A stretch of 64,000 bases of DNA. Source: Candidatus Kaiserbacteria bacterium. GTDB lineage: Bacteria; Patescibacteriota; Minisyncoccia; Phycocordibacterales; UBA918. The stretch is from positions 30,969 through 94,968 of the forward strand of contig JAHQWD010000002.1 of assembly GCA_019634005.1 (NCBI GenBank). Direction: 5' to 3'. This document shows positions 54,660 through 64,000 of the stretch, in pieces (positions within the stretch are counted from its first letter, which is position 1; each line of letters begins with the position of its first letter). The position numbers and the translations under genes were made by a program. The notes under the pieces were generated by a model. It searched no databases, was not told where the DNA came from, and worked only from the letters and a program-made list of their open reading frames with translations.

Positions 54660-55670
54660 TTAAAATGGATTCCGCGCGCCACGAACCTCAAAGTGGAGAT
54701 GTGTTCCCGTCGAACGCCCAGTATTTCCAACTCCACCCACTGTCTCACCAGCACCCACTGTCTCACCGACTGATACCGATACCGATGAAAGGTGTGCATA
54801 GAGTGTCTGGGTACCGTTCCCATGACGGATCACCACATAATTTCCATATCCACCATTCCACCCATACCCTTTAGCCACGATAACCGTTCCGCGAGCAACT
54901 GCACGAACTGCAGTGCCTGCAGGAAGGCCCGCAAGGTCCACACCGTTATATCCGTGGATACCCTGTGTCTTCACTGCGCCTGGAAGCGGATGTACAAATC
55001 CAGCACTTCCATTACCTGTAAGGGTGACTGCTGATGATGCACCACGTGAGACAACTGGTGCGGCCATAACCCCACTTGGAACTACGACAATATCGCCAAC
55101 ACCAATATCTCCCACACCAGCGAGACGGTTATACGCAACAATCTCGTCAGCATCACCTTCATACTTCTTCGCGATGGATGCAATGGTATCACCCTTCTTC
55201 ACGACGTGGCGGACACCCGTGATAGGGAGAATAACGAGAGTGTCTCCTGGCTGGATAACACTTGGATCCTTAATGTCATTTGCCCACAGGATGGTGTTCG
55301 AAGATACATCAAACATCTCTGCAATCTGTGAAAGAGTATCTGCCTCACGAACAACATAGACACTAATTTCTCCTTTTTCTGTACGACTCTCAGTATCAAT
55401 ATCTTTTCGCACATCACCATCAGGCACAAGTGCTCCTTCTTCTATAAGAATGTCTCCGCCGCCCTTTGCAGGATTAGGATCTGAGTGGAGCGCTGCTTTG
55501 AGGAGGGACGTAGACTGTGCAGAGGCAAGCACTGTCTCTTCAGTTGTCTGTTCTTCAGAGGTAAGAAGGTTACCAAGTGACGAGAAAAAACCTGCTTGAA
55601 CAGAGAGAGGGAGAATGATCGCAAGGAGCGCTCCAAGGACAATGGAGCGTTTCACACGAAGATATGTCAT
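54660..55670 (-). CDS. M23 family peptidoglycan metalloendopeptidase with two LysM domains
   Basis: Signal anchor; LysM repeats (DTLSQIAEMFDVSSNTILWAN, DTIASIAKKYEGDADEIVAYN); C-terminal M23 motifs (GYNGVDLA, GNYVVIRHGNG, TGTHLHFEV). Start trimmed to ATG 55670 (track start is GTG). Confidence 0.8.
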   Translation of the reverse strand: MTYLRVKRSIVLGALLAIILPLSVQAGFFSSLGNLLTSEEQTTEETVLASAQSTSLLKAALHSDPNPAKGGGDILIEEGALVPDGDVRKDIDTESRTEKGEISVYVVREADTLSQIAEMFDVSSNTILWANDIKDPSVIQPGDTLVILPITGVRHVVKKGDTIASIAKKYEGDADEIVAYNRLAGVGDIGVGDIVVVPSGVMAAPVVSRGASSAVTLTGNGSAGFVHPLPGAVKTQGIHGYNGVDLAGLPAGTAVRAVARGTVIVAKGYGWNGGYGNYVVIRHGNGTQTLYAHLSSVSVSVGETVGAGETVGGVGNTGRSTGTHLHFEVRGARNPF

Positions 55671-55897
55671 CCGTTTATCAGTATCGTCGGAATCGTGATG
55701 TGTAGGTTGAATAAGCCTTTTGTTTTGGTCTCGCCGCCTGTTTGCTTCCACTACGGTCACTTCGTTTTACCTCCCTACATTTTCGGGATACCCACAATAC
55801 TATAGGAGCCTCTCTGGGGGTCAACCTTGCTATTTCACAGTATCCACCGTGCTATAGAAGGAGACTTTTCACGCTTCAATAGAGCCACATTTCCCAT

Positions 55898-55927
55898 ATT
55901 GACACCAAAATATATTGTTATCTAATA
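55898..55927 (+). promoter_or_regulatory. Sigma70-like promoter TTGACA-18-TAATAT upstream of pcrA
   Basis: ttgacaccaaaatatattgttatctaatat; TTGACACC extended -35 as in other promoters. Confidence 0.45.
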
Positions 55928-55970
55928 TCTCTGCACTTTGTTATGGTATAGTGCTTGCGATTACGTATAT

Positions 55971-57914
55971 ATGCTTGATTTAAATACACTGAATGCACCT
56001 CAAAAGGATGCAGTGACCACAACCACAGGACCCCTTCTTGTACTGGCGGGTGCGGGATCTGGAAAGACACGCGTCATCACATATCGCATTGCATACCTTA
56101 TTGAAAACGGTGTCGCACCACACACGATTCTTGCACTGACGTTCACCAACAAGGCTGCAAAAGAAATGCGTGAGCGAGTGACCACGCTCATCGCAGAAAA
56201 TGAGACGACCAATCGTATCGAATCCACACCTTTGGTGACCACCTTCCATGCGCTTGGTGTTCGTATCCTTCGTGAACACCATGACCGCATTGGATTAAAA
56301 CGACAATTCGCGATCTACGACCGAAGTGACTCCAACCGAGCAATTAAGAAATCTTTAGAAAAAGCGGGGTACGATCCCAAGCAATTTGAGCCGCGGAAGA
56401 TGCTTAGCATCATTTCACGAGCAAAGGGAGACGCGCTCTCCCGCACTGATTTCCTTGATGGCGCACGATCTTTTCCAGAACGGGTCGCGGGGGAAGTGTG
56501 GGCACACTACGATGCGATTCTTCGTGAAGAACAGGCGGTCGACTTTGATGATCTCCTTCTTCTAACACTGAATCTTCTTCAGAAACATACCGATGTACGA
56601 GAGCAGTATCAGAATAGGTTCAAGTATGTTCACATAGATGAGTACCAAGACACCAACAAGGTACAGTATGAAATCGCTTGTCTTCTCTTAAATAAGGAGC
56701 GGAATCTCTGTGTTGTGGGAGATGTCGACCAAAACATTTATAGTTGGAGAGGAGCGAACGTTACCAATATTTTGAAGTTTGAAAAACATTTCCCAGGATG
56801 TAAGACCATACTCCTTGAAGAGAATTACCGCTCAACGCAGACGATCATTGCTGCATCAAATAGCATTATTGAAAAGAACGTACGGCGACCTGAGAAGAAG
56901 GTCTTCACGAATAATCATGAGGGAGATCTGATTTCTCTGTATGTCGCCATGAATGGAACCGAGGAGGCGCAATATGTCGCACGACGGGCGCAGGAACTGA
57001 TCAGCAACGGTGCATCTCCAGCACATATTTCTGTTCTCTATCGTACCAACTTCCAATCTCGTCTTCTTGAGGAGGCTTTCCTTGATGCCAATATCCCATA
57101 CCAACTACTGGGTACAAAATTCTTTGAACGAAAAGAGATCAAGGACATTCTGTCATATCTCCGCTATGCACTAAATCCTGAAATCACCGCAGACCTTGCA
57201 CGTATCGTGAACACGCCAAAGCGCGGTATTGGGAAGGTGACACTATTAAAGCTCATCGAAGGAAACCGAGCTGATATAAAAGGGAAGACACTCGAGAAAG
57301 TTGCTCACTTTGAACAACTCATCGAAGACATCGGAGTATACGCACGAGCACACCCTGTTAGTAACACACTGAAGTTCATCATGAAGCAGTCGGGTATGGA
57401 AGAATCACTTAAAAATGATGGGGAAGAGGGATTGGAACGTCTTGAAAACCTTCGGGAGCTCGTGACACTTGCAACACGATATGATGCCTTTGAACACGAA
57501 GAGGCTATCGAACGGCTTCTTGAAGACGCTGCACTTCAAAGTGATCAAGATGAGATGGAGGAAGAAAAAGAAGCGGTACGTCTCATGACCGTACACGCTT
57601 CAAAAGGACTCGAGTTCCCGTATGTCTTTATTACAGGACTTGAAGAGGGACTTTTCCCGCATGAACGTATCGTAGAAGAAAAAGGGCGGAGCACTCACGA
57701 CGATGAGGAAGAGCGACGACTCTTCTACGTGGCATTGACCCGAGCAGAAAAGAAAGTCTTCCTTTCTTTTGCGCACCTCCGTACCATCTTTGGAAGTGAA
57801 CGCGTGAATGCACCGTCTTCTTTCCTCCAAGACATCAGTGATGACCATCTGCAGGAAGAAAATCCAAATGGATATGGCGGAGGAGGAGGAGAAACCGTTG
57901 TATACTTAGACTGA
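55971..57914 (+). CDS. pcrA: ATP-dependent DNA helicase PcrA/UvrD (superfamily 1)
   Basis: LNAPQKDAV, Walker A GAGSGKTRVIT, motif II VHIDEYQDTN, QNYRST motif III; start trimmed to ATG 55971. Confidence 0.9.
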   Translation: MLDLNTLNAPQKDAVTTTTGPLLVLAGAGSGKTRVITYRIAYLIENGVAPHTILALTFTNKAAKEMRERVTTLIAENETTNRIESTPLVTTFHALGVRILREHHDRIGLKRQFAIYDRSDSNRAIKKSLEKAGYDPKQFEPRKMLSIISRAKGDALSRTDFLDGARSFPERVAGEVWAHYDAILREEQAVDFDDLLLLTLNLLQKHTDVREQYQNRFKYVHIDEYQDTNKVQYEIACLLLNKERNLCVVGDVDQNIYSWRGANVTNILKFEKHFPGCKTILLEENYRSTQTIIAASNSIIEKNVRRPEKKVFTNNHEGDLISLYVAMNGTEEAQYVARRAQELISNGASPAHISVLYRTNFQSRLLEEAFLDANIPYQLLGTKFFERKEIKDILSYLRYALNPEITADLARIVNTPKRGIGKVTLLKLIEGNRADIKGKTLEKVAHFEQLIEDIGVYARAHPVSNTLKFIMKQSGMEESLKNDGEEGLERLENLRELVTLATRYDAFEHEEAIERLLEDAALQSDQDEMEEEKEAVRLMTVHASKGLEFPYVFITGLEEGLFPHERIVEEKGRSTHDDEEERRLFYVALTRAEKKVFLSFAHLRTIFGSERVNAPSSFLQDISDDHLQEENPNGYGGGGGETVVYLD

Positions 57915-57916
57915 TC

Positions 57917-58723
57917 ATGACCAATCTTGAAGCGAAAAAATCTTTGGGTCAGAATTTCCTTACCAACCCCAAGGTGCCTGAGTGGATGGCGGATGCAGGG
58001 AAGGTGAAGAAGGGGAGCGTCGTCCTTGAGATAGGTCCAGGAACAGGAATGCTCACTCGAGAACTCCTTGCCCGCGGCGCACAGGTTGTTGCTATTGAAG
58101 CAGACCCTCGAGCAATGGAAATCCTTCACGAGACATTTCCCGAAGCCATTAAAAATAGAAAACTTCTTCTCATACACGGTGATATTCGGGAGATGACCGC
58201 AGAAGATATTCCTGTTTCCCCCCATGAATACACGTTAGTTGCAAACATTCCTTACTATCTTTCTGGACACCTCTTTCGCTTCTTTCTTTCGGGGAATATA
58301 CAGCCAAAGACCTTGGTGTTCCTTGTTCAAAAAGAAGTTGCAGTGCGTATTGCACGAGATGAAAAAGAGTCTCTACTGTCTCTCAGTGTAAAGGCATTTG
58401 GAACACCACAATATATAAAGACAATCTCAAAAGGAAACTTTCGACCACAACCAAAAGTGGATTCCGCCATTATCGCCGTCACTGATATCTCACACGATAA
58501 TTTTAGAAAGCTTCCTGAACCATTTTTCTTCAAGATACTTCATCTCGGACTCTCTGCAAAACGAAAAATGCTTCTCGGGAGTCTTGCGAAGGAATATGAC
58601 CGCGATACTCTGAAAGAAATCTTTACAAAACTGGATATTCCACTAACGGTCAGGGGGGAAGATCTTCCTGTCAACAGGTGGTTCACCCTTATACAGACTT
58701 TATACACAACTTTTAAACAGTGA
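57917..58723 (+). CDS. rsmA: 16S rRNA (adenine1518/1519-N6)-dimethyltransferase RsmA/KsgA
   Basis: LGQNFL, SAM-binding VLEIGPGTGMLT, NIPYYLS motifs. Confidence 0.9.
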   Translation: MTNLEAKKSLGQNFLTNPKVPEWMADAGKVKKGSVVLEIGPGTGMLTRELLARGAQVVAIEADPRAMEILHETFPEAIKNRKLLLIHGDIREMTAEDIPVSPHEYTLVANIPYYLSGHLFRFFLSGNIQPKTLVFLVQKEVAVRIARDEKESLLSLSVKAFGTPQYIKTISKGNFRPQPKVDSAIIAVTDISHDNFRKLPEPFFFKILHLGLSAKRKMLLGSLAKEYDRDTLKEIFTKLDIPLTVRGEDLPVNRWFTLIQTLYTTFKQ

Positions 58724-58796
58724 CTTCAGGTGTTCTCCACGTATTTTTCCTCTCATTATCCAGACAGGGACACATTCTTGGTATACTGGAGACACA

Positions 58797-59633
58797 ATGA
58801 ATAGACGTATTGGAGGAGCGGTTATTTTTGGTATTGCACTTGTGGCAATTGCCTTTTTCGTACGCTTCCACGAACCTGCAATGACCTCCTCTACAGTCTC
58901 AACCATTCCGACAGAACAAACATCTTTTGAGACAAACCAAGATTGGGAGGCACTACTGAAGACGAGAATGGAACGGTCGACTGAAGATGAAGAGGCTATC
59001 GCAGACGACATCGAGCTTGACACAAGTATTACAGGAACGTTCGCACGTACGTTCTTCGAGAACTATCTATTCTTGAGTGCACAAGGCAACTTAACCGCTG
59101 AACAAGAGGAAAACCTCATCAATTCTTCTATTAGTTCTTTACGATCTGAGGCAACGGATAGGGTATACACCCTCTCTGACATTCCTCATACTACCGAACC
59201 ATCTCTTTCGTATCTTCGTACGTACGGAAACGCGCTTGCTATTGCACTTCGTGCACATCCAGATCCAGCAGAAAACGAGCTTGTTGTATTTCAACGAGCT
59301 GTAGAGACCAATGAAGCAAAGCATCTTGCTGACCTTACCGAACACGAGTCAACCTATGATGCGTTTCTCAAGGATCTACTTTCTATAGAAGCCCCTATCG
59401 AACTTCAGGATGAACACCTTGTGATTGTGAACGCGACACTTGCACTTCGTAATGATGTTCGCGGCATGATGTTGTTCTTTGAAGACCCCCTCTACGCAAC
59501 ATTACGTGTCCAACGATACACGACTGATTTAGAAGCTGTGTACGCTGCTCTACGTACTATTTATTCATACCTAGAAGACCGAGGGATACGGTATACTGAA
59601 GGAGAACCTGCTGCTATCATAAAAGTACAGTAA
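58797..59633 (+). CDS. hypothetical membrane-anchored protein (278 aa), first gene of T4SS-like locus
   Basis: N-terminal TM anchor AVIFGIALVAIAFFV; TATACT 11 nt before ATG. Confidence 0.45.
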   Translation: MNRRIGGAVIFGIALVAIAFFVRFHEPAMTSSTVSTIPTEQTSFETNQDWEALLKTRMERSTEDEEAIADDIELDTSITGTFARTFFENYLFLSAQGNLTAEQEENLINSSISSLRSEATDRVYTLSDIPHTTEPSLSYLRTYGNALAIALRAHPDPAENELVVFQRAVETNEAKHLADLTEHESTYDAFLKDLLSIEAPIELQDEHLVIVNATLALRNDVRGMMLFFEDPLYATLRVQRYTTDLEAVYAALRTIYSYLEDRGIRYTEGEPAAIIKVQ

Positions 59634-59639
59634 CGCCTT

Positions 59640-60989
59640 ATGTTTAAGTCTCGAAACATCTTTACACAAAGTATAGTAAGCACACTCTTAATTTTTGTGC
59701 TTGTGTTGGCACCTCTCACACCAACTCTGCAAACAAAGAAGGCAGAGGCACTCTTTGGTGTTGGTGATACTTCAATCGTTATCGTAGACATTCCTCGCGT
59801 CGTCACCGAGATTGCCAACGGAATTGTCTACGCACTCGCGAAAGCGATCGTAAATCGTATCGTTGAGAGTACTATTCGATGGATCAACTCTGGATTTAGA
59901 GGAAGCCCTACTTTTATTCAAGATCTGGATGGATTCCTTCTTGAGACGCTGGATGTGACCGTCGGTGATTTCATATACGGAAGTGAACTTGGTTTCTTCT
60001 GTGAACCCTTCCAATTAAGTGTACGGACAGCGCTTGCCATTGATTACTATGGTACGGGGACTGAACGATATGCCTGTTCTCTCTCTGGTGTTGCAAATAA
60101 CATTGATAATTTCATAGGAGATGCTGGAGAGGAAGGATGGGCTCGTTGGTTTAACGTGACAACACAACGGCAGAATAACCAGTATGGTGCTCTTGCTCAG
60201 GCGAATGAAGACCTTGGTGTTGTTCTTACAAATGCAAGAGGAAGGGAACTCCAGCTCCTTGATTGGGGAGATGGATTCATTACAATTGAGAAATGTGAAA
60301 CTGGTGCAGATGGTGTCGAGCAGTGTTATAACACCACTCCTGGAAAACTTATCTCTGAACAGCTCATCAAAGCAGTTGGGGCAGGGCAGGACACCCTTAT
60401 AGCAGCTGACCAGATTAATGAGATTGTGGGAGCACTCTTGAGCCAACTTGCCATTCAAGTCATCTCTGGAGCAGCTGGTCTTCTTGGTCTCTCTGGAGGA
60501 GGATACACTGGCTACACGGGATCCCGATCATATCTTGACCAGCTTGCAGATGAAGGAGCAGAACTCACTGCCGCTGGTGAAAGAGGGGAGATGGAACTGA
60601 CAAAAACACAAGAAACACAGATACGTGATACGTATGTAGACGTGCAGAACCTTGTCACAGACACACAGAAAGAGGCAAAACGTCTTGTTGACGAGGAAGG
60701 TTGTATCGCTTCAACAGCAATTCCTCAAGAACTTAGTGATGCGTATGCTGAAGCAACGGAACAAATCCCTGTTGTTGCGGCAAACGTTGATGTCATCGAT
60801 GCACTTATTGCAAATTATGATGGTGGAGACACAGAAGAGGCATATGATTCATATCAGAGACTCGTTGATGCAGATGTGTTCTCAACATCAGCTGACGCAG
60901 TAAATGCTTCTTCACTCCTTAACAGTGCTATCACAGCAAGTACATCATTCCTTGAAGACATTGAGAGTAAGTGTGAGATATCAACATGA
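59640..60989 (+). CDS. hypothetical secreted protein (449 aa)
   Basis: Signal peptide ...LTPTLQTKKAEA; no recognisable motif; 4-nt overlap with next gene. Confidence 0.5.
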   Translation: MFKSRNIFTQSIVSTLLIFVLVLAPLTPTLQTKKAEALFGVGDTSIVIVDIPRVVTEIANGIVYALAKAIVNRIVESTIRWINSGFRGSPTFIQDLDGFLLETLDVTVGDFIYGSELGFFCEPFQLSVRTALAIDYYGTGTERYACSLSGVANNIDNFIGDAGEEGWARWFNVTTQRQNNQYGALAQANEDLGVVLTNARGRELQLLDWGDGFITIEKCETGADGVEQCYNTTPGKLISEQLIKAVGAGQDTLIAADQINEIVGALLSQLAIQVISGAAGLLGLSGGGYTGYTGSRSYLDQLADEGAELTAAGERGEMELTKTQETQIRDTYVDVQNLVTDTQKEAKRLVDEEGCIASTAIPQELSDAYAEATEQIPVVAANVDVIDALIANYDGGDTEEAYDSYQRLVDADVFSTSADAVNASSLLNSAITASTSFLEDIESKCEIST

Positions 60990-63082
60990 TGGGCATCATT
61001 CGAAATAATCGTATAGGTCATCTCTTCCTTTGTCTTTTTTTCTCTGCGTTCCTCATCAGTGCACCAATCGCAACCACTCTGGACACCCCTTCATACGCCT
61101 ACGCAAATGAGATTGACAAGGCAAACGCCCTCTCAAACAGTGATAGTCTTGGTATAGAGATGGGAGAATGGATTCTCTCGCTTGGAGCATACGTTGCGGG
61201 AATTGGTGGAGTACTACTTGATCTCTCAATCAAGAGTTTTGCCATAGATATGAAACAAACACTCTTTGGAGACCAAGAGAATCCACGGAGTCTTGGTGGT
61301 ACTATTCAAAACATGTGGACGGTAGTGCGCGACATCGCGAATATCGTCTTTATATTTGGTTTTTTATACATTGGAATAATGACTATATTCCGTCCTGACA
61401 GCTCTCGTGTGAAAGGGCTGCTTGCACAGCTCATCATCGCAGCACTTTTAATAAACTTCAGTCTTTTCTTTGTTCAAATTATTGTTGACATCTCCAGTCT
61501 CTTTGCAGGAGAAATACATAAATATATTCCTTCAGGAGAAGGAACTGACATCGGTCTTGAATATGCACATCTTATGGGACTCACTGGCCTCTACGGAGAC
61601 CTCCCACCAGAACAGTTACAAAAACTTACGGGAGGGGGTGCCTTTGCGTTCTTTGTCATCGGAACCATCTTCATGATGATTGCGGGATTTGTTATGGCTG
61701 CGGGAGCGGTGCTTCTTATCGTCCGCTTTGTTGCACTTGTTCTTTTCATGATCTTTTCACCCCTCCTGTTTGCTGCAGCTATCTTTATGGACATGAAAGA
61801 ATATTGGAAAAAGTTGATCAACTACGCACTCTTTGCCCCAGCATTTCTTTTTCTTCTCTATCTATCCTATAAAATCCTTGAAAATGCTCCATGGAATAAG
61901 ACAACGAGCTTTGCTGAGGTCTTGCTCGTCAGCAACCTCGAGAATACGGATGCATACTCTGTCATCTTGCAGTTTACCGTTGCGCTCTTCTTCCTTATTG
62001 CAGCACTTAAATCTGCAGACGCTTTAGGAATCATGGGAGGTAAGGCAGCCGTATCGGTAGGGAATCGTGTTCGTGGAGTAGTGCAGTCTTCAGCTCTTGC
62101 ACTTCCTCGCGGTATTGGATCCTGGACGGGTCGTACTGTTGTTGGCGGAGGAATGAATCAAATTCAGAAAGGATCTGAACGTATTCAGGCGCGAAATGGA
62201 GTGCTTGCAAAAAGCATACGTTTGACCGGTCTCGACCGAACAATTTCTCAAGCTGCTGATAAGGCCAATAAGAAGGAGTTCTTTGGGGGAACATCTCGTG
62301 CCAACGTGAAGAGTTATGAAAAGAAACGAGATGCAAAGAGTGTGAAACTTCGTGGCGCAATGAAGCTCAAAGATGCCATTGGAATCCCTGACACTCAAGA
62401 AAAACGAGATGCAGTTGGTGCAGCAGTGCTCAATCTAACAAAACAACAACTTGAAGAAGCGGGAGCAAAGACACTTAAGGATGCAGAAGTTATGCGAGTG
62501 CTCTCCAATAGCCAAATGGAGGCTATCCTTGGAAGTGATGAATTTAGTGATGAAACGAAAGCAGAGTTCAAAGAACTTCGTGGGGAAGCTATTGAGAAAC
62601 TACTCACCCAGGCAGCAGGTGCTAATGCGACCTTGCTGGACGGTATTGGAAAGGCAAGTATCTCACAACTTGAAGCTTTGGGTACCGAACGATTGAAAGC
62701 ACATGCAGCTGGGCTCTCTTCTGCGCAGTTAGATAAGATCAAGAGTAGTAAGCAGTTTACTGAAACGCAAGTGCAAGATATTACAACCGCCCGTGCACAG
62801 GGTCTCGTCGCACAATTTAAGATAGATCCAGACTCTGTCCTTGGAGGAAAGAAGGAGGAGGAAATTGCAAAGATGCCATTCGATGTCCTTAATGACGACA
62901 ATGCAATTAAGTACATAACGGGAGGGGTGCTCAAGACCATTGTTGACAAACAAACCCTCACCCCAAAACAGCGTAATGAACTTGCTCTACGAGTTACCCA
63001 CGGCCCATTACTATCTGAGATAGATCCGACGGTAGAAACATATCTAGATTCTCCACATGGACAATCTGCCTATAACCTTTAA
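60986..63082 (+). CDS. large polytopic membrane protein, VirB6/TrbL-like (T4SS inner-membrane channel component); tentative
   Basis: Signal peptide, at least five hydrophobic helices (residues ~60-330) then ~370-aa hydrophilic C-terminal domain; this architecture plus adjacent PrgI-like gene suggests VirB6 analogue. Confidence 0.45.
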   Translation: MMGIIRNNRIGHLFLCLFFSAFLISAPIATTLDTPSYAYANEIDKANALSNSDSLGIEMGEWILSLGAYVAGIGGVLLDLSIKSFAIDMKQTLFGDQENPRSLGGTIQNMWTVVRDIANIVFIFGFLYIGIMTIFRPDSSRVKGLLAQLIIAALLINFSLFFVQIIVDISSLFAGEIHKYIPSGEGTDIGLEYAHLMGLTGLYGDLPPEQLQKLTGGGAFAFFVIGTIFMMIAGFVMAAGAVLLIVRFVALVLFMIFSPLLFAAAIFMDMKEYWKKLINYALFAPAFLFLLYLSYKILENAPWNKTTSFAEVLLVSNLENTDAYSVILQFTVALFFLIAALKSADALGIMGGKAAVSVGNRVRGVVQSSALALPRGIGSWTGRTVVGGGMNQIQKGSERIQARNGVLAKSIRLTGLDRTISQAADKANKKEFFGGTSRANVKSYEKKRDAKSVKLRGAMKLKDAIGIPDTQEKRDAVGAAVLNLTKQQLEEAGAKTLKDAEVMRVLSNSQMEAILGSDEFSDETKAEFKELRGEAIEKLLTQAAGANATLLDGIGKASISQLEALGTERLKAHAAGLSSAQLDKIKSSKQFTETQVQDITTARAQGLVAQFKIDPDSVLGGKKEEEIAKMPFDVLNDDNAIKYITGGVLKTIVDKQTLTPKQRNELALRVTHGPLLSEIDPTVETYLDSPHGQSAYNL

Positions 63083-63093
63083 TAACACTTCAT

Positions 63094-63618
63094 ATGGACT
63101 GGAACACCCGTTACAAAAAATACCTTGAGTCGCCGACACATATACAGGAGGCGTACAGTGGCTCAGAGACAGGGAAGCTGCTCCGCAGTACTGCTGAGGC
63201 ACATCACATTCCCGATAATGCGTACGCCCCATTTGCGCAACTTATTGGAGATGTCATCTTAGGAATATTGTCATTAGAAAGACTCCCTGTACAACTCCAG
63301 GAAGCAGTAGGAATCTCCCCGACAGACGCTGAGGGAGTTACTACCGCACTGAAGCCATTTATTACCGAGATGCATAAGACACCTCCTGCGCAACAAGAAG
63401 TAGCTGATCGAGAGGAAGATACGGTATCTAAACCCAATATAACTGAGTCTCCTATACTGCAGGCAACACGTACTATGGAGAAAGACATTGCAGAGGCGAC
63501 AGATAATGAAGCGCCACAGTGGCGTACCGTAGAAGATGCCGAGGACACAGTTGAATCACCTGAGACAGCAATCCCCAGCTACGCTAAACCGTTAACCGAC
63601 ACACCAAAGTACGAATAA
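63094..63618 (+). CDS. hypothetical protein (174 aa)
   Basis: ORF between VirB6-like and PrgI-like genes; no motif. Confidence 0.4.
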   Translation: MDWNTRYKKYLESPTHIQEAYSGSETGKLLRSTAEAHHIPDNAYAPFAQLIGDVILGILSLERLPVQLQEAVGISPTDAEGVTTALKPFITEMHKTPPAQQEVADREEDTVSKPNITESPILQATRTMEKDIAEATDNEAPQWRTVEDAEDTVESPETAIPSYAKPLTDTPKYE

Positions 63619-63657
63619 TCCACCGTTGTTATTCTGTGAATGATGTACAATGAGGTC

Positions 63658-64000
63658 ATGCGATTTGAGGTGCCACAGTTCATAGAGATTGAGGATAAGA
63701 TCTTTGGGCCGCTTACGTGGCGTCAATTTGTATATCTTGCAGGTGGGGCAGCAGTTGTTGTTGTTACTTTTCTTGCCCTGCCACTCTTTATATTCCTACT
63801 TACTGGCGTTCCTATTGCTATCCTTGCTTTCTTCTTAGCATTCCACAAGATAAACAATAGACCATTCGTCTTTTTTCTCGAGTCTGCGATAAATTATTTC
63901 TTTGGAAATAAGCTCTATCTCTGGAGACGGAGGCACAAAGATGTCGTACATGCACAGACTGATACGCCTGTGTCGCCGAAAACGCAAGAGGTCCCAACAC
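63658..64000 (+). CDS. PrgI-family (VirB3-like) T4SS membrane protein, partial (continues past window end)
   Basis: Read directly (not in track because no stop): MRFEVPQFIEIEDKIFGPLTWRQFVYLAGGAAVVVVTFLALPLFIFLLTGVPIAILAFFLAFHKINNRPF... matches PrgI-family signature and two-TM topology. Confidence 0.55.
   Translation, partial: MRFEVPQFIEIEDKIFGPLTWRQFVYLAGGAAVVVVTFLALPLFIFLLTGVPIAILAFFLAFHKINNRPFVFFLESAINYFFGNKLYLWRRRHKDVVHAQTDTPVSPKTQEVPT

Overview
This 64 kb window is bacterial chromosome read with the standard genetic code (TGA is a stop). Many small hypothetical membrane or secreted proteins, a PrgI/VirB6-like type IV secretion locus, pilB and a split comEC suggest a small-genome lineage such as Patescibacteria/CPR, but this is unconfirmed.

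Bases 1-22021 carry the str/S10/spc ribosomal super-cluster on the minus strand (rpsL, rpsG, fusA, tuf, rpsJ, rplC-D-W-B, rpsS, rplV, rpsC, rplP, rpmC, rpsQ, rplN, rplX, rplE, rpsZ, rpsH, rplF, rplR, rpsE). It is unusually fragmented. Non-ribosomal insertions, each with its own terminators and sigma70-like promoters, sit at five junctions:
- rpsG|fusA: a degraded Fic/Doc-family toxin remnant.
- fusA|tuf: alr and two hypothetical genes.
- rpsJ|rplC: a high-GC orphan gene.
- rplB|rpsS: three tiny membrane-protein genes.
- rplE|rpsZ: an AT-rich ~3.5 kb accessory island with a DUF2335-like membrane protein and a translationally coupled operon of a 419-aa HTH protein, a PIN-like protein and a 73-aa protein.

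The rest of the window is housekeeping: M50 protease, rpmB, comEC (split in two with sodA between), rnhA, recJ, a HIT protein, a dinJ antitoxin with a truncated yafQ, pgk, tpiA, pilB, nusA, ppa, surface repeat proteins, tig, clpP, umuDC, a PDT-only pheA-like gene, hup, DM13 and SPFH proteins, an ECF sigma/anti-sigma pair, four tRNAs (Gly-UCC, Pro-UGG, Gly-GCC, Arg-UCG), cca, xth, csp, rpsO, an NYN protein, a dksA-like gene, an M23/LysM peptidase, pcrA and rsmA. A type IV secretion-like locus closes the window.

Between tRNA-Pro and tRNA-Gly(GCC) lies an array of six 14-bp palindromic repeats (GTTyCAyrTGGAAC) upstream of a cupin-like gene and an HTH/LAGLIDADG-like gene.

The two candidates most worth a second look are the island operon and the repeat array. 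No CRISPR array, rRNA gene, integrase or transposase was seen. All calls rest on reading the translations and sequence by eye; no searches were run.
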